DNA of 63,982 nt, counting the filler, from Octopus bimaculoides (Eukaryota), in NCBI RefSeq assembly GCF_001194135.2. It is 5 parts of 5 records of this genome, joined end to end, with 100 filler letters (N's around TTAATTAATTAA, not from the genome) between each part and the next. Parts side by side here need not be neighbours in the genome. Positions count along the whole stretch, not along the records: positions 25,837 to 37,283 come from NC_068988.1; positions 37,384 to 58,088 come from NC_069005.1; 3 more parts are not named here. One strand, 5' to 3'. The first letter of the stretch is position 1. Every line of letters starts with the position of its first letter. This document shows positions 28,445-42,771 of the stretch, piece by piece. The notes beneath the pieces are model-generated. The model saw nothing but the letters and a program-made list of their open reading frames with translations, did not search any database and was not told the origin of the DNA. The position numbers and the translations under genes were made by a program.

Positions 28445-31400
28445 TTTTGTTTTTTCATTGTGAATAACGGTGGTAATGAAATTGAAGTCAATGATGGTGA
28501 CAGCGTTACACCCGGTAGTCTCAGAGATTCTGGTCCCGCTTCAGCCTGTCGAGACATATAGATAAAAAAAGAAGACAATAAAACTAATAGTGACATGACA
28601 GATGAGCAAAAGGCAACCTACGACAGAATAAAGGTAAGACTACAGATGACGATAGCGACGTTATTTGCAACCTTATAACGGTTGTTCGATGGAAATTGAA
28701 CCAAGAAACGAAAAATGTCAATGAAATTCTGAAATACATCAGAACAAACAGCATCACAGAAACAAATAATTTGATCAAGGCAGCAAGTATTGTTGTAGCA
28801 GAAAACGGGAGTGTTGATGTGAAGAAAAAGAAACATAATGGGTGTGAAAAAAGAAAAGATCCATGGTGGAAAAGAAGAATCCAGACAAGGTTAGACATGC
28901 TCTCGAAGGAAATTTCTGTGTTAGACCGAAAAGAGAAATGGGAGCTTAAGAGCGAACGAAAATACAGGGCGCTGAAAAGGAAGTATAATATTGAAAGGGC
29001 CTTAAAGTAGTAGTGGAGGAACTGAAACAGCGCCTCATTGCAAAGTAAGCAAAGATGGTAAAATACGACCTAAGAATGAAGGGTTACAACCAGAATAGGT
29101 TATTCGGAGTAGATCAGAAGAGATTCTATAAAGAAATAAATGGAGAGTGTACAGATGAAAAATTGATACCAGATTGCATTGTAAGTCAAAGATTTTGGGG
29201 TGACATCTGGAGCAAAGACAAGGAGTACAAGAAGGATCCTGAATGGTTGCAAGAACTGAAACAAGCAGTAGTCTGTCCAAAACAGGCAGTACTAGTAATT
29301 TCAGTTGGGTAAGTGCAGGAAATCAGCAAAAAAAACAAAAAAAAAACGAGCAACTGGAAGGCCCCGGGAGCAGATTGAGTTCAAGGCTACTGGATCAAAA
29401 GATTTGGTGAATGTCATGCACGAATAGCTCCGCAAATCAACACCTTGTTAAATGCCGACCAAGTAACACCAGGGTGGTTGACATTGGGCAGGATGGTGCT
29501 GTGCCTGAAAAATATCGAAAAAGACAATACGGTAGACCATTACAGGCCGATATCCTGTTTGCCATTTATCTGGAAGTTATTGACTGGAATACTCGCAGAG
29601 TCAATGTACGAACATCTGAGAAAAAATGGAGTCCGGCCACATGAGCAGAAAGGATGTAAATGTAAGTGAAGAGGTACCAAGGATCAACTCCTGATAGGCA
29701 AAACTTTACTCAGAGACTGCACGACGATGAAAACTAACTTAGCCATGTCATGGATAAATTATCGTAAGGTGTACGATATGATCCCACATTCTTGGATTAG
29801 GAAGTGTATGAACCTGTTTGGTATTGCATCGAATGTTGAGCGATTGCTCGGAAAATGTATGGCGAATTGGAGGATGGACCTGACAGCATACGGAAGAAGT
29901 TTAGGGACAGTAGAAATTAGGAGGGGCATCTTCCAAGGGGACTGCCTATCCCCACTGATTTTTGTACTGTGCTTGATACTACTAATACTGATTCTGAGGA
30001 AAGCAAAAGCTGGGTATGCATTCAAAAGCCGCCAACAAAAAGTCAACCATTTGTTATTCATGGATGACCTCAAACTTTATGGTAAAGANNNNNNNNNNTT
30101 TGTTATTCATGGATGACCTCAAACTTTATGGTAAAGATGAAGCCCAAGTCAGTTCCCTCGTTGATACGGTGTATACCTTCAATGCTGATATCAGAATGGT
30201 GTTCGGACTGAGAAAGTGCGGTGTGTTAGTCTTGAAGAGAGGCAAATCAAATGTATGGACGGGCTAACGATACGGTCAGGGGAGGTTATGAAGCAGATAA
30301 AAGAGACGGGCTAAAAGTACTTGGGGATTTTTGGAAATGGATAAATTGATGGAGAAAGAAATGACAGAAAAATTTAAGGTGGAGTTCTTGCGCAGACTGA
30401 GAATGATCCTTAAGTCGAAATCAAACGGACAGAATAAGGTCGAAACTATCAACACCTGGGCGATTTCACTCATTAAATATGGAGCAGGGGTAATCGCATG
30501 GACAGTAGACGAATTAAATAGCTTAGACAGAAAGACAAGGAAGTGGATAACTAGATATGGGTCACTCCATACAAAAAATGACACAGACAGCCTTTATGTA
30601 CCAAGAAGACTCATTAGAGCAGAAGAAAGCAACATAGGATGGTATGTAAAAATTGCCATAGAACTGCTATTATTAGAAGTAAGAAGGTAAGGCCTGTGTA
30701 AGATGAAAGACTGCAAAGATAAAGCACTATACAAGAAATTGAAAACGAATGAAACTGAAGAAAGGTGGCTAAAGAAAAGAATGCATGGCTAATTTCATAG
30801 AGATGTTGAAGAAAAGACAGACAGAGAAAAAAGACGGCTGTAGATGACTAAAAGTGATTTAAAACCGGAAACGGATGCTCTAACCTGTGCTACCCAAGAG
30901 CAAGCACCATGAACACACTACATAAAATACCGAATAGACAACAAAGCAGGAAGTGCTAAGGGCAGAATCTGTGGACAAAACGGTGAAACCGTATGGCATA
31001 TTACCGGATAATGAATCCCACTAGCCCAGAAGGAATATAAGAGACGTCACGACAATTTAGCCGGGCTTGTCTATTGGATACTTTGCAACAAGTATGAACT
31101 TGACAGAGCAAAAAATTGGTACGACCACAAACCTGAACAGTGCGACCATGAGAAAGAAAATAGGAAGCCAGACATAGTCTTAATTGAGAAAGAAAACAAA
31201 CTATGCTGGATCATTGATATAACATTCGCAGCTGACAAGAAGGTATGCGATAAGGAAGAAAGAAAAGTTGAGAGATATGACAGGTTAGCTTGGGAATTTA
31301 AGCGGTTGTGGTCGATGAAAAAAGTAGCAGTAGTACCAATAATTGTCGGAGCCCTGGGAACAGTGAGCAAAAATCTCAGGAAGTACGTGAAACAAATATG

Positions 31401-31560
31401 GGCTGCAATAAAGCTGGAGCACTTGCAGGAAACATCACTGCTTGGAACCGCTCGAATACTCCGGAAGGTGCTCGAAAAATAAGAGGTGTTACCTTAGTTC
31501 ACTGGTAGTGAACAGCTGACACTGTAGTACATCTCCAGCGTTAGAAGCTGTGCAAAGACA
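28444..31560 (+). mobile_element. R4/Dong-clade LINE, long but inactivated, within an (AAT)n array
   Basis: NWKAPG, YRPISCL, RRGIFQGDCLSP, LLFMDDLKLY, CxxC/RHD region and KPDIVL restriction-like endonuclease. Multiple stops and frameshifts; (AAT)n on both sides. Confidence 0.93.
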
Positions 31561-31572
31561 ATGATGACGATG

Positions 31573-31619
<47 letters not shown>

Positions 31620-33075
31620 CGTTTCTACTAATTGCGCAAGGCCTGTATGTTTGACTGGAATTTAAATTATCGACCCAAAAGGATGAAAGACAACGTCGGC
31701 CTCGGCGAAATTGGAACTCAGAACGTAAGGACAGGCGAAATACTTAGCAGCATTTTGCCCGACATATTAACGATTCTGCTAGCTCTACATTTGTATAACT
31801 TTAAGTATATAAATCTATGGTGAGAAAGCATATAATCTTGATAACGTTAACATTAAGGAATATATATATATATAAATAATAGAAAGACAAATCAAGGAAT
31901 ATCATCTGTTTTATGTACCATTTGCATCTCACATAGCTAATATTTTCCTCGGAAAATATTTGCTACACAGAATAAATATTTTCCACATTCAAGTAATTAT
32001 GGGGAAAATGTAATCAACACAGAGAATGATTTTCGTATTCAACCTCCAGAAATTTGCCTTAACTTTAAGCAGTACATAACAAAAGGAAAATTAGGCAGTA
32101 TTTCAATTCAAAATTAGGCAACATGACTAGAAGATATAGTGTGAAATGTGGAATTAGCTCTGATATTGGCACTTGACTAGATTTTGAGAATGTCAAGAAA
32201 AGTAATTCCGACAGTAATAACATCTAGGAATAATATCCATTATAATAATGTTACTAATCCTGCCATAACATCTACTTCTGAGAGGAGGATTAGGACTATT
32301 TCCTTTAACCATGAGCACCACATACAAGTGTAAAAATGCCATTGTAATTTCAAGAACAAAATAATCTGTCCTGTGAAAAAAGAATTTAGTTTATTAATGT
32401 AAGGTCATACATAGGTTCGTCTGCTACAATTTGGAAGACTAGATTCTATAAACATTCTCATTTATATAAGTGTACAAGAATTTTACGAATTTTGTGATTT
32501 GAAATAAAAGAACATTATCTATGATCCAAAGTGGCCAATTACAATTTACACATCATCGTACAATGATAGTAATTTTAAAGGTGATCTTCGCCTTGAGGAA
32601 ATGTATTATATAATTAGTTCTAGATTAGTATTATTGAATTGTAAAAGAGATTGTACATTGGAATCTGTTCACAGATATAGAACAACATTTAAATATTTCA
32701 ATTATAATTACTTTTTGAAAGTGTTTGTAGCATAATTAATAGTTGCTGTTTTTAATTGTCTTGACGTAGAATTCTACTGTTTATTTTTCATTTTGTTTGT
32801 TATTTACTGATGTCATCAAAAGTTAAACACTGAACTGGCTACTCTTTGAGGATAATATTTCTTCTTAACGTTTATTTAATATGTGTTGTTCTTAGTTCAA
32901 TTTGAATTTAATCCATTTTAGATTGCTTTGAGGACATTATGTTAGCATATATTTTCGGATATATTCATGGGACTGGTATTTCAGAACTCTTTCACTATCT
33001 AACATGTTTGTACATTAGTAACGATCGTTGGTAACATGGTGTAATCACGATTTTTCCATTTTGCCTATTTTTATT

Positions 33076-33106
<31 letters not shown>

Positions 33107-33408
33107 NNNNNNNNNNNNNNNNNNNNNNNNNNNNNNNNNNNNNNNNNNNNNNNNNNNNNNNNNNNNNNNNNNNNNNNNNNNNNNNNNNNNNNNNNNNNNN
33201 NNNNNNNNNNNNNNNNNNNNNNNNNNNNNNNNNNNNNNNNNNNNNNNNNNNNNNNNNNNNNNNNNNNNNNNNNNNNNNNNNNNNNNNNNNNNNNNNNNNN
33301 NNNNNNNNNNNNNNNNNNNNNNNNNNNNNNNNNNNNNNNNNNNNNNNNNNNNNNNNNNNNNNNNNNNNNNNNNNNNNNNNNNNNNNNNNNNNNNNNNNNN
33401 NATGGAAA

Positions 33409-33445
<37 letters not shown>

Positions 33446-35749
33446 GTATATACACACATATATATATACATATCCATTAGGCATCTATACTTATATGTAT
33501 GTGTGATGGTGTGTTTGTGTGTGTGTTTGTGTATGCGTGTGTGTGTATGCGTGTATATGTGTATGCCGACATATATGCCTTTATAAAACATGATATATTT
33601 TAACAAAATATATGACCGAAAATTTAGCATACAACAACATGCATACAGTTGAGAAAGACATTAGGTTGGACTACTCATTTCTACATTTAATACCGTATCA
33701 CCGCATTAAAATTCACCATGTTTTCATATTGATCATATATAAACTCATCAATATGCATATGTATTCATAAATATACATTTGTTCCTCATATGCATATGAA
33801 TACACACATATCGATAAACGTAAAACGTTCCTCAAAATGCATATGGATAAATATGTTTGTATGTATGTATGTATGTATATATATATATANNNNNNNNNNN
33901 NNNNNNNNNNNNNNNNNNNNNNNNNNNNNNNNNNNNNNNNNNNNNNNNNNNNNNNNNNNNNNNNNNNNNNNNNNNNNNNNNNNNNNNNNNNNNNNNNNNN
34001 NNNNNNNNNNNNNNNNNNNNNNNNNNNNNNNNNNNNNNNNNNNNNNNNNNNNNNNNNNNNNNNNNNNNNNNNNNNNNNNNNNNNNNNNNNNNNNNNNNNN
34101 NNNNNNNNNNNNNNNNNNNNNNTATATATATATATATATATATATATATTTCAGGACCATTAACCATCGCCGCCAGTGGAATCGCAATACTTTCATTAAG
34201 ATCTAGTATGCGTTTTGATTGAAGTATTGAATAAATTTGGTTGGCGTTTTTTCCAGAATGAACAGACCTATTGCTGCTTTCAAACATTGTTGCGTAGATA
34301 ACTAAGATCCCGTCGAATACTACTGTTTGCTATCATAAAAAAACGGCTATTATATGAACGACAGGGAGAATTAATCTGTATAAAAGGCATATTGACTGAT
34401 CTCTGTGAAAGAATCGGCGTGCGAAAGTTCCCGATAGCTTTCACATGGCCAAAGGTTTTAATATCTCCCCAACTTGCAATCTTACATTGCTTTCTAACCA
34501 TTAATCAGTAGTGAATAGCATTTTCGTCGCGAAATCATTTAATGGGTGAATATGAAAATCTGATCTTTCATTACGATTCAGTCGGATATTGCATTTTTGT
34601 CTTTTATTAATAAATCCTAAGTTAATCCTGTGACATGAGGAAAAATGTGTATAACGACGTGTAATAATATAGGTCAGCAGTTGCACATTACGCACTTAGC
34701 TAATGTGTTGAGTTATCAATAATTGGTATGCTCTGTATTATTATGGAGTTAGCTTTGACATGAGATCCAGCATTCGTTTCCATTTCATTGCATCTCGATC
34801 AAATGCCATTTTCTGCAGTGTCGGTTCCACTCACAGCTTAGGTATAAAATTAGGTAGGCGGAAAATAGATGGATCCCATCAAGTGAATTTTACCTGCAAT
34901 CAAACAGGTACAGCCTTGTCATATACTGGATCACCCTGATTTTACCTGAGAATTCTATTTAGGTTACACGGGCCTACAGAATATTCAGCCAGCTACACCG
35001 CTCATTCAGGACCAATCATTTAAATGAATTCCATCATCAGATCATGAAAGGAGTTGCTGCTCTGTAGAATATTCACTGTCTGAATAGAGGGGTACGTTTT
35101 GATCCTTCATGTGATTCGAAAAATGCATTCATTTCTGTTAGATTAATTTGAATTATTTCTTCAAGACAATATTGTACCTTCATTTCTTACAATATCTTTA
35201 GCTAACAACACCGAACAGCATTTGATAAACTCTCAATGCAGATGCAGGTATTAGTACCTACTGGATAAGTTAATGACGAATCACGAGATACGGACGTCAG
35301 GTATATGTAGGCTAATTAACGCCCCTGTTATAGATTTTGGTTCTTACACGTCATGATATTTTAAATCCTATAGTCCTAGAGAACTTACCCCTGCATGTTA
35401 AATTAATGAGAGTTGAAAGAAGTTCATGCCAATTGTAAGAAGATTAATTTCATGACGATGAACTGAATAACATGAGTAGTAATCCGAAATGCTGCCAGGT
35501 ATTTGATATGCACTGGACATCTTATATTTCTTGTTTTAAAAGTAATTTGATGGTAAGATGATAGTATGATCTTAAGATGACAGTAAAAGTTATTTGCTGT
35601 TCTGTGCATGTAAAAGTACTTTTGATAATGCGCACAGATTAGAATGTTTTTGGAATCACGTAGACAATATTTTTCGTCGGAGACAAGCCGTTTCCATGAG
35701 CACTATCTTTTAATTTCGTTCATTTTTCGATTTCCTGGTGTCTGAGATC

Positions 35750-37041
35750 CGAAGCGGTATCAAAATGTTCCCAGACTAGTTCTATAGCGCGCCAGCAGAT
35801 GACAGAGCGAAGTTGCGTAAGCAATGAAAGCTAGTAGTGAACTTCATGAGGCAGTGTGATATCTGAATGACATTACTGTGGTTAGTTCGCAAGTTGAGAA
35901 ATTTGTGTTTTGGGGTTTACGTGTATGCTGCAGTCTGTGATTTTTGTCATGGACAGGAAGTTGAAAGGAAGAGCCAATGTACAATCTTGCGTTAAACTTG
36001 GGAAATCATTGAGCATTCTTCAAAAAGCTTACAGTGACGAGGCAATGGACCGTATGGAATGTTTCGAGTGGGAGTGGCGCTTCGAAAGCAGAAGACATTC
36101 CCTGAAAAACGATGAGCGATCTGGAAGACCTGCCACAAGCGTCAGACCAGGAAATGTGGAGAAAATTCATCAGCTTGTGCATGCGGATCATCGGGGGACA
36201 ATCAACGACATTGCGGATGCTCTTAGTCTATCGAATATGTTCTTGCAGGCAGGCCTAACTTCTAAATTGAACATACGCATGTCACTGTCAAGTTTGTGCC
36301 CTGCTTGCGGACCACTGAGCAGAATGAACATCACCAAGAAGACTATCAAGGTCTCAGTCAGCGTGCCGATGATGACCCATACTTCATATCGAGGATCATC
36401 ACTGGTGACGAAAGTCACCACAGCGGAAGGGGCCTTCATCTCCTCAATCGAACAAGGCACGACAAGGTCGTAGCTCAATCAAAAGCATACACATGGTTGT
36501 TTTTCGACATCCGTGTCATTGTGCGTTGAGAATTTGGTCCCCAGTGTCACACAGTCAATTGAAAGTTCTACTGCGACGTTTTAAAGTGTTTGATGGAGGA
36601 TATTGGGCGAAAGTGAAGAACTGGATTCCTCCCGACGACAATGCACCCCACTGTCACCGAGCTCTTCTCACTCGTGAGTTTCTCGCCAAATGAACATGGT
36701 ATCGCTTCCACACCTGTCCCATCCACCATATTTATTAGATAGGACAGATTAAAGATGAAAAGGTAGCTGAAGAGGAAAAGGTAACTGAAGAGGAAAAGGT
36801 AGCTGAAGATGAAAAGGCAGCTCAGTGGTTTCCGTTTTAACACCGTTGTCAAGCTCAAGAGCGAATCGCAGAAAGTCCTTGACTCGCTTATGGAAAACCA
36901 CTTCCAGGCCGGATTCCAAAATGGCAGGAACACTCAAACAGGTGTATTGCAGTGCAAGGTGACTCTTTCGAATGATATGATGGTAAATAAGTTATTTTTA
37001 ATTAATCATAACTAATCTGGGAACCTTTTGATACCACCTCG
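35750..37041 (+). mobile_element. Mariner DNA transposon, full length (1292 bp), inactive
   Basis: TIRs CGAAGCGGTATCAAAATGTTCCCAGACTAG and the reverse complement of CGAGGTGGTATCAAAAGGTTCCCAGATTAG. TA on the right, TC on the left. ERSGRP, IITGDES and DDNAP motifs with frameshifts. Confidence 0.93.
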
Positions 37042-37164
37042 TATCAATCAGCCCCATTTGCAATAATTCCTTGGGCATCTATGACAACACATTTCCAGTT
37101 TCTGTTGCCTCTTTAAATTTCAAGTCTTTCGTTATTATTATTATTATTATTATCATTATTATTA

Positions 37165-37256
<92 letters not shown>

Positions 37257-37593
37257 TAGTTTTATTTTTATAACGTGCTTTCANNNNNNNNNNNNNNNNN
37301 NNNNNNNNNNNNNNNNNNNNNNNNNNNTTAATTAATTAANNNNNNNNNNNNNNNNNNNNNNNNNNNNNNNNNNNNNNNNNNNNAAAAATAAACTAAAAAT
37401 TAAGAGAAAGGGTCGACATACAAACAGACAGACAGATACACACACATACGCACATGCATACAAGCAAACATGCATACATACATACATACATACATACATA
37501 CATACATACATCTCCCTAAAATGGAGCCTTTTATTTTTGTTGGAATCCGACTCCCTTCTCAGTGGAAGATTTACAATAATTAAAAATAGAAGA

Positions 37594-37624
<31 letters not shown>

Positions 37625-39140
37625 TATAGGCAACTGCTTCAAACTTTCCAGCTTCTATATCTGGATTACAAATTCACATTTATACCAATAATAACTTGGT
37701 GCATTTAGGATTTGTTAGTTAATGGCCTAATCTGGATAAGCTTGGAATCTCAGAAAAAGAAATCAACCAACTGACTCTCTTACGAATACAATCTGTAAGT
37801 GGAACAGTAAAAATATGCGAGATTTTTCCCAAGTCTTAAATGTGACATTTGTTTTGGTATTTACATTCCAACGATGGAGCTTTGTGCCTTTGTTAAAAAA
37901 ACCAGCTCTTTCTTTAGAGGAAGATTTCAAATAATTGCAATCAGAAGAGAACATACATAAGAATTCTTAGAAAAATAATGTAGTAACGTTAAAGAAAACC
38001 CTTTCCGTGTCCCCTATATTTAATATCAAACTTACCCTGCCATGCCGTCACTTGATGGGAAATAAACAGAAGACAAACGATAAGACAGAATGATTTGACG
38101 GCCATTTCTTTGCCGGAGAGTTTCTTTATGCATATGTTTAATATGACTTACGGATAGAACCAGACTATTTATTGTACAGCTGCAAGTCGATAGTGGAAGA
38201 AGACACGTTGAATAAATGGAGGAGGAGGAAGTGGCGGTGGTGGTGGCGGCGGCGGTGGTGGCACGGGGAGTGGTGGTGATGGTAAGTAGTGGACATATAC
38301 TTGTAATGGTGATAGTGTTGATGTGTGGGAGGGCGTCGCGAGTAAGGTGATGGGGTTGATCGTTCTTACTGTAATANNNNNNNNNNNNNNNNNNNNNNNN
38401 NNNNNNNNNNNNNNNNNNNNNNNNNNNNNNNNNNNNNNNNNNNNNNNNNNNNNNNNNNNNNNNNNNNNNNNNNNNNNNNNNNNNNNNNNNNNNNNNNNNN
38501 NNNNNNNNNNNNNNNNNNNNNNNNNNNNNNNNNNNNNNNNNNNNNNNNNNNNNNNNNNNNNNNNNNNNNNNNNNNNNNNNNNNNNNNNNNNNNNNNNNNN
38601 NNNNNNNNNNNNNNNNNNNNNNNNNNNNNNNNNNNNNNNNNNNNNNNNNNNNNNNNNNNNNNNNNNNNNNNNNNNNNNNNNNNNNNNNNNNNNNNNNNNN
38701 NNNNNNNNNNNNNNNNNNNNNNNNNNNNNNNNNNNNNNNNNNNNNNNNNNNNNNNNNNNNNNNNNNNNNNNNNNNNNNNNNNNNNNNNNNNNNNNNNNNN
38801 NNNNNNNNNNNNNNNNNNNNNNNNNNNNNNNNNNNNNNNNNNNNNNNNNNNNNNNNNNNNNNNNNNNNNNNNNNNNNNNNNNNNNNNNNNNNNNNNNNNN
38901 NNNNNNNNNNNNNNNNNNNNNNNNNNNNNNNNNNNNNNNNNNNNNNNNNNNNNNNNNNNNNNNNNNNNNNNNNNNNNNNNNNNNNNNNNNNNNNNNNNNN
39001 NNNNNNNNNNNNNNNNNNNNNNNNNNNNNNNNNNNNNNNNNNNNNNNNNNNNNNNNNNNNNNNNNNNNNNNNNNNNNNNNNNNNNNNNNNNNNNNNNNNN
39101 NNNNNNNNNNNNNNNNNNNNNNNNNNNNNNNNNNNNNNNN

Positions 39141-39345
39141 AACATAGAGGGGACAAACAAGGACAAACAAAGGGATTAAGTCGATTACATCGACCCCAGT
39201 GCGTAACTGGTACTTAATTTATCGAGCCCGAAAGGATGAAAGGCAAAGTCGACCTCGGCGGAATTTGAACTCAGAACGTAACGGCAGACGAAATACCGCT
39301 GGGCATTTCGCCCGGCGTGCTAACGTTTCTGCCAGCTCGCCGCCT
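39141..39345 (-). mobile_element. tRNA-derived SINE family 2
   Basis: GGCGGCGAGCTGGCAGAAACGTTAGC...GAGTTCAAATTCCGCCGAGGTCGACTTTGCCTTTCATCCTTTCGGG. Related copies at 31622-31785, 56497-56615 and 58640-58775 (minus), and 42440-42665 and 44270-44350 (plus). Confidence 0.82.
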
Positions 39346-40712
39346 TGATATGAACGAAATATTAATTTTCAAACGTTACAAAATTATGTACACCCTAAAA
39401 GAAATTTGCTATATTCGATATTTTATCCACTTTTTTCACCAAATTCAGATTTCGCTGATAATTTCAATTCTAATAAATTATTTCTTCTGGCATTTTTGCA
39501 CCGGTTCTTGTCATTGCATCTTCAGGAATTCTGATTTGTGTACCGGAGTGGAAATCTTCTTCATTGTGATTAAAATGACACGGAAAGGAAAAGAATTGTC
39601 TGAAGATTTGAAGAAAATCATTTTTAATTTGCACAAGAATGGTTTAGGATACGAGTTAATTAGCAAACGAATACATATTATCGCAAACACGGTTACTAAA
39701 GTAATTCAGAAGTACAAAGCTACTGGTCGGTTAAGCAATAAACATCTTTCAAGTCGTCCTTCTATTTCAACTGCGCGTGATATTCGCCGACAGGCGTCGT
39801 AACGCTTCATCTTTGGCCCCAAAAGTGTCGTCTGTTAGTGGAAAGAGTGTATCCGCCCAAACAGTTCGCCGAAGTTTGAACCAGTGTGGTCTTCATAGAC
39901 GCATTCCTCGTAGGAAGCCTCTCCTTACTACCAGGCATAAATCAAGTCGTCTTTCTTTTGCCGAAACCTATGTAAGTAAGGGGAAGAAGTTTTTGGAATA
40001 AAATTCGTTTTTCTGACGAGACTAACATCAACTTGTTTGGGTCAGATGGTATTAAATGAGTATGGTGACGACCAGGTGAAGATAATAGCGACAAATGCAC
40101 CGTAAAAATGCACCGTCCCTACCGTGAAACATGGCGGCAGAACTGTTATGCTTTGGGGGTGCATGAATGCGGCTGGTGTGGAAGGACTCACAGTTATTGA
40201 GAGAACAATGGATTCAAGGCTTTATTGTGACATATTGCAGAAAACAATGCTGGAAACCATCAAGGAACTAAGAAGATATTCTATGTTCCAATATGATAAT
40301 GACTCCAAACACACTTTAAAGCTGACGACTAAGTTTTTATCAGATAAAAAGGCAAAAGTATTGCCTTGGCCTACCATGTCACCTGATTTAAACCCAATAG
40401 AACAACTGTGGGGTGTTTTGAAAAACAAAAGGTTGAGGATAAAAAAAACCGCTTTGTATCACAGTCGAGAGACATATCATTCATGATGAATGGAGATCGA
40501 TTTCATCGGTTATATGCGGAAATTCAGTCGACTGTATGTCCAGAAAACTTAATGCAGTCATTGAAAGCAAGAACAGGTCACACCAAATATTGAATGTAGC
40601 AAAGAATCCTTTAAGGTGTACATATTTTGGTATCATTTGAAATTTAATATTTCGTTCATATCTTTGAAAATGTTTATTGTTTTGTGTTCCAAATTTGTAT
40701 AATGTTGGCATG
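39346..40712 (+). mobile_element. Tc1-family transposon (DD34E), inactive
   Basis: MTRKGKELSEDLK, FSDET, KHGG, QYDND...SPDLNPIE with 34 residues between D and E. Long inverted repeats at about 39346-39425 and 40585-40662; the left end is cut by a SINE. Confidence 0.92.
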
Positions 40713-40726
40713 TATAATATATTTTA

Positions 40727-42311
40727 TCTTCTATATATATATAAAAATGAGAATGTATGTCTACGTGTCTGTGTGTGTCTGTGCGTGTGAATCCCTAAAA
40801 CTCCAGAACTACACAACCAACTTCATTCAAATTTTACACATGCCATACTTAGGGTCCCGGTTGTGTTTTAGTCAAAAAAAATTTTTAGCTTCTTGCATAG
40901 TTCGAGCCCACAGCAACATAATATCTCCTCCACTATCTAAGTATTACGTGTCAAAAGTGAAACAAAAACACTCATGTCAAATACTCTCACTTTAAAAATG
41001 AAACTTTTCCACTATTTCAATATCAAAACTGAAACAATCTCATCTGGATACTGTAATTTTTGGGGGATTAATTTACACTGCATACGAAAATACAGATATA
41101 TTATCACGGTACGTTATTAAATACTCACAGATCTACGCATACATACCTGACGACTGACACACGCATACACAACTACACATACATATACATACCTGACGAC
41201 TTCATTTTTTTATTAACCACACAGGGTCGAAACACAGAGGGAACAGCACAAAAGTGGAGGAAAAATAAAATCGAACGAAAAGAATGGTAATGATAAATCA
41301 AAAGGTGGAGTGACGTCTACTAGAACTCCACACTCCAGTTAACGTCATTGAAGTTTTTAGAAAGAAAACATTTTTTTGACACGTGTTATTTTATTTTTGT
41401 CTCTTTCTCCTTGTGGTAAATATTTTTTCTAACTGTATTTGCTTGAAAAAAACATGCTTTTCTTTATATTAAGCAATTCATTATAATTACTTTTACGATG
41501 AGTCTAAATAAAAACCATCGTTATAGATCAGCATTTCTCAACCTTTTTCGCGATTTGGCTTCCCTTGGACATTGAAAAAACTTATTTCGGCTCCCCTGTG
41601 TTAATAAAAAATTTAATCCAGCTTCCCATGTATCTGAGATAGAGCGGCCGGCCCATGACAAATCTGACAAAAGGGGGAACCCGCATAGCGCGCCAATCAT
41701 GCTGTTAGGAATTTAGATGCTTCAATAATGTGCAATGGTACGCAGATGATTATCAAAAAATTGTGCTCCCGAGTTCTGTAGGCAACAATCTTGAATGAAC
41801 CGGCCGCTGGCTAAGACATACTTATAACTCCCATCTCCCTTACGCACTCCGATACGGCCTACAAGTTTAAAAAGATGCAATTTCCCATCAAACTCTGCTT
41901 TCCCATGACAATCAACAAGGCGCAGGGACAATCAGTGCAAGAGGTTGGTTTGAATCTGACAGCAAGTATTCTCACTCGCACAACTGTACGTTGGCTGTCC
42001 CCATAGTCATTCTATTTGTGCACCCGAGGGAAGGACGAAGAATGTTGTCTACCAAGAGGCACTCCAATGATAACAACGGCAACTTCAACTGCTCCAATTT
42101 CAACTCCGCAATTTTTTCATCGTCCTGCCAACCCACGTAAGTCCAGTCTTGCTTTGCTCTCCTTACTAACTCACCATGGCATTCTTTTTTTTTTTCTACC
42201 AAGATTCGTCGCCCATACACCACTTCGTATCCACTTCTTCCTCTTTTTTTATGTCTTCGTTTCTCTCTTCGCGTCGTTCTCTGACCGGGTGAAACCGGGC
42301 TTAGCTGCTAG
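40727..42311 (+). mobile_element. Non-autonomous Helitron with both termini
   Basis: A|TC 5' end (TCTTCTATATATATATAAAAATGAG). PIF1-type helicase remnant at 41725-41995 (CNGT, QFPIKLCFPMTINKAQGQS, QLYV). CCGG-loop-CCGG hairpin, then CTAG|T. Confidence 0.85.
41529..41704. mobile_element. Possible small hAT-like MITE inside the Helitron
   Basis: Ends CAGCATTTCTCAACC and TCATGCTG; 8-bp flanks TTATAGAT/TTAGGAAT match at only 5 of 8 positions. Confidence 0.3.
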
Positions 42312-42692
42312 TATTTTATATATATATAGTTTTATCATGGCTACCGAATAATTGTCACATATTATATTTACAGACAAATTCCTCTATTTACATAATATCA
42401 AGATCTCCTTCATTCTTTTGTTGTCTTACCATATTGATTAAAAAAGCGAGTTAGCAGAATCGTTACCGTACCGGACGAAATGATTTGCAACATGACTTCC
42501 AAATTATTACGTTCTGAGTTCAAATTATACCGAGGTCTATGACTTCCATCCATTCATGATCGACAGGGTCGCGAAAATAAATACCAGTTGAATCCTGGGG
42601 TTGTTGTAATCGACTAGCTCCCCTCCTCAAAATTTCAAGTCTTGTCTCTACAGTAGAAAGAGGTATTATTATTATTATTATTNNNNNNNNNN

Positions 42693-42771
42693 CACTTCTT
42701 CCTCTTTTTTATGTTTTCGTTTCTCTCTTCGCGTCGTTCTCTCACCTGGTGAAACCGGGCTTAGCTGCTAG
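42693..42771 (+). mobile_element. Second Helitron 3' terminus
   Basis: Near copy of 42232-42311 with a few differences, ending CTAG|T. Follows a 10-N gap. Confidence 0.8.

Noticed and set aside
30050-30137. 39-bp repeat duplicating the LLFMDDLKLY motif
   Set aside because: Identical copies either side of a 10-N gap, typical of an unmerged contig overlap.
32181-32333. 50-codon open frame after an AG (ILRMSRKV...HEHHIQV*) as a terminal exon
   Set aside because: Poor polypyrimidine tract, no recognisable homology and no partner exons; needs RNA-seq.
38166-38286. Gly-rich stretch between an AG acceptor and a GTAAGT donor
   Set aside because: All three frames contain stops; low-complexity GGT/GGC repeat.
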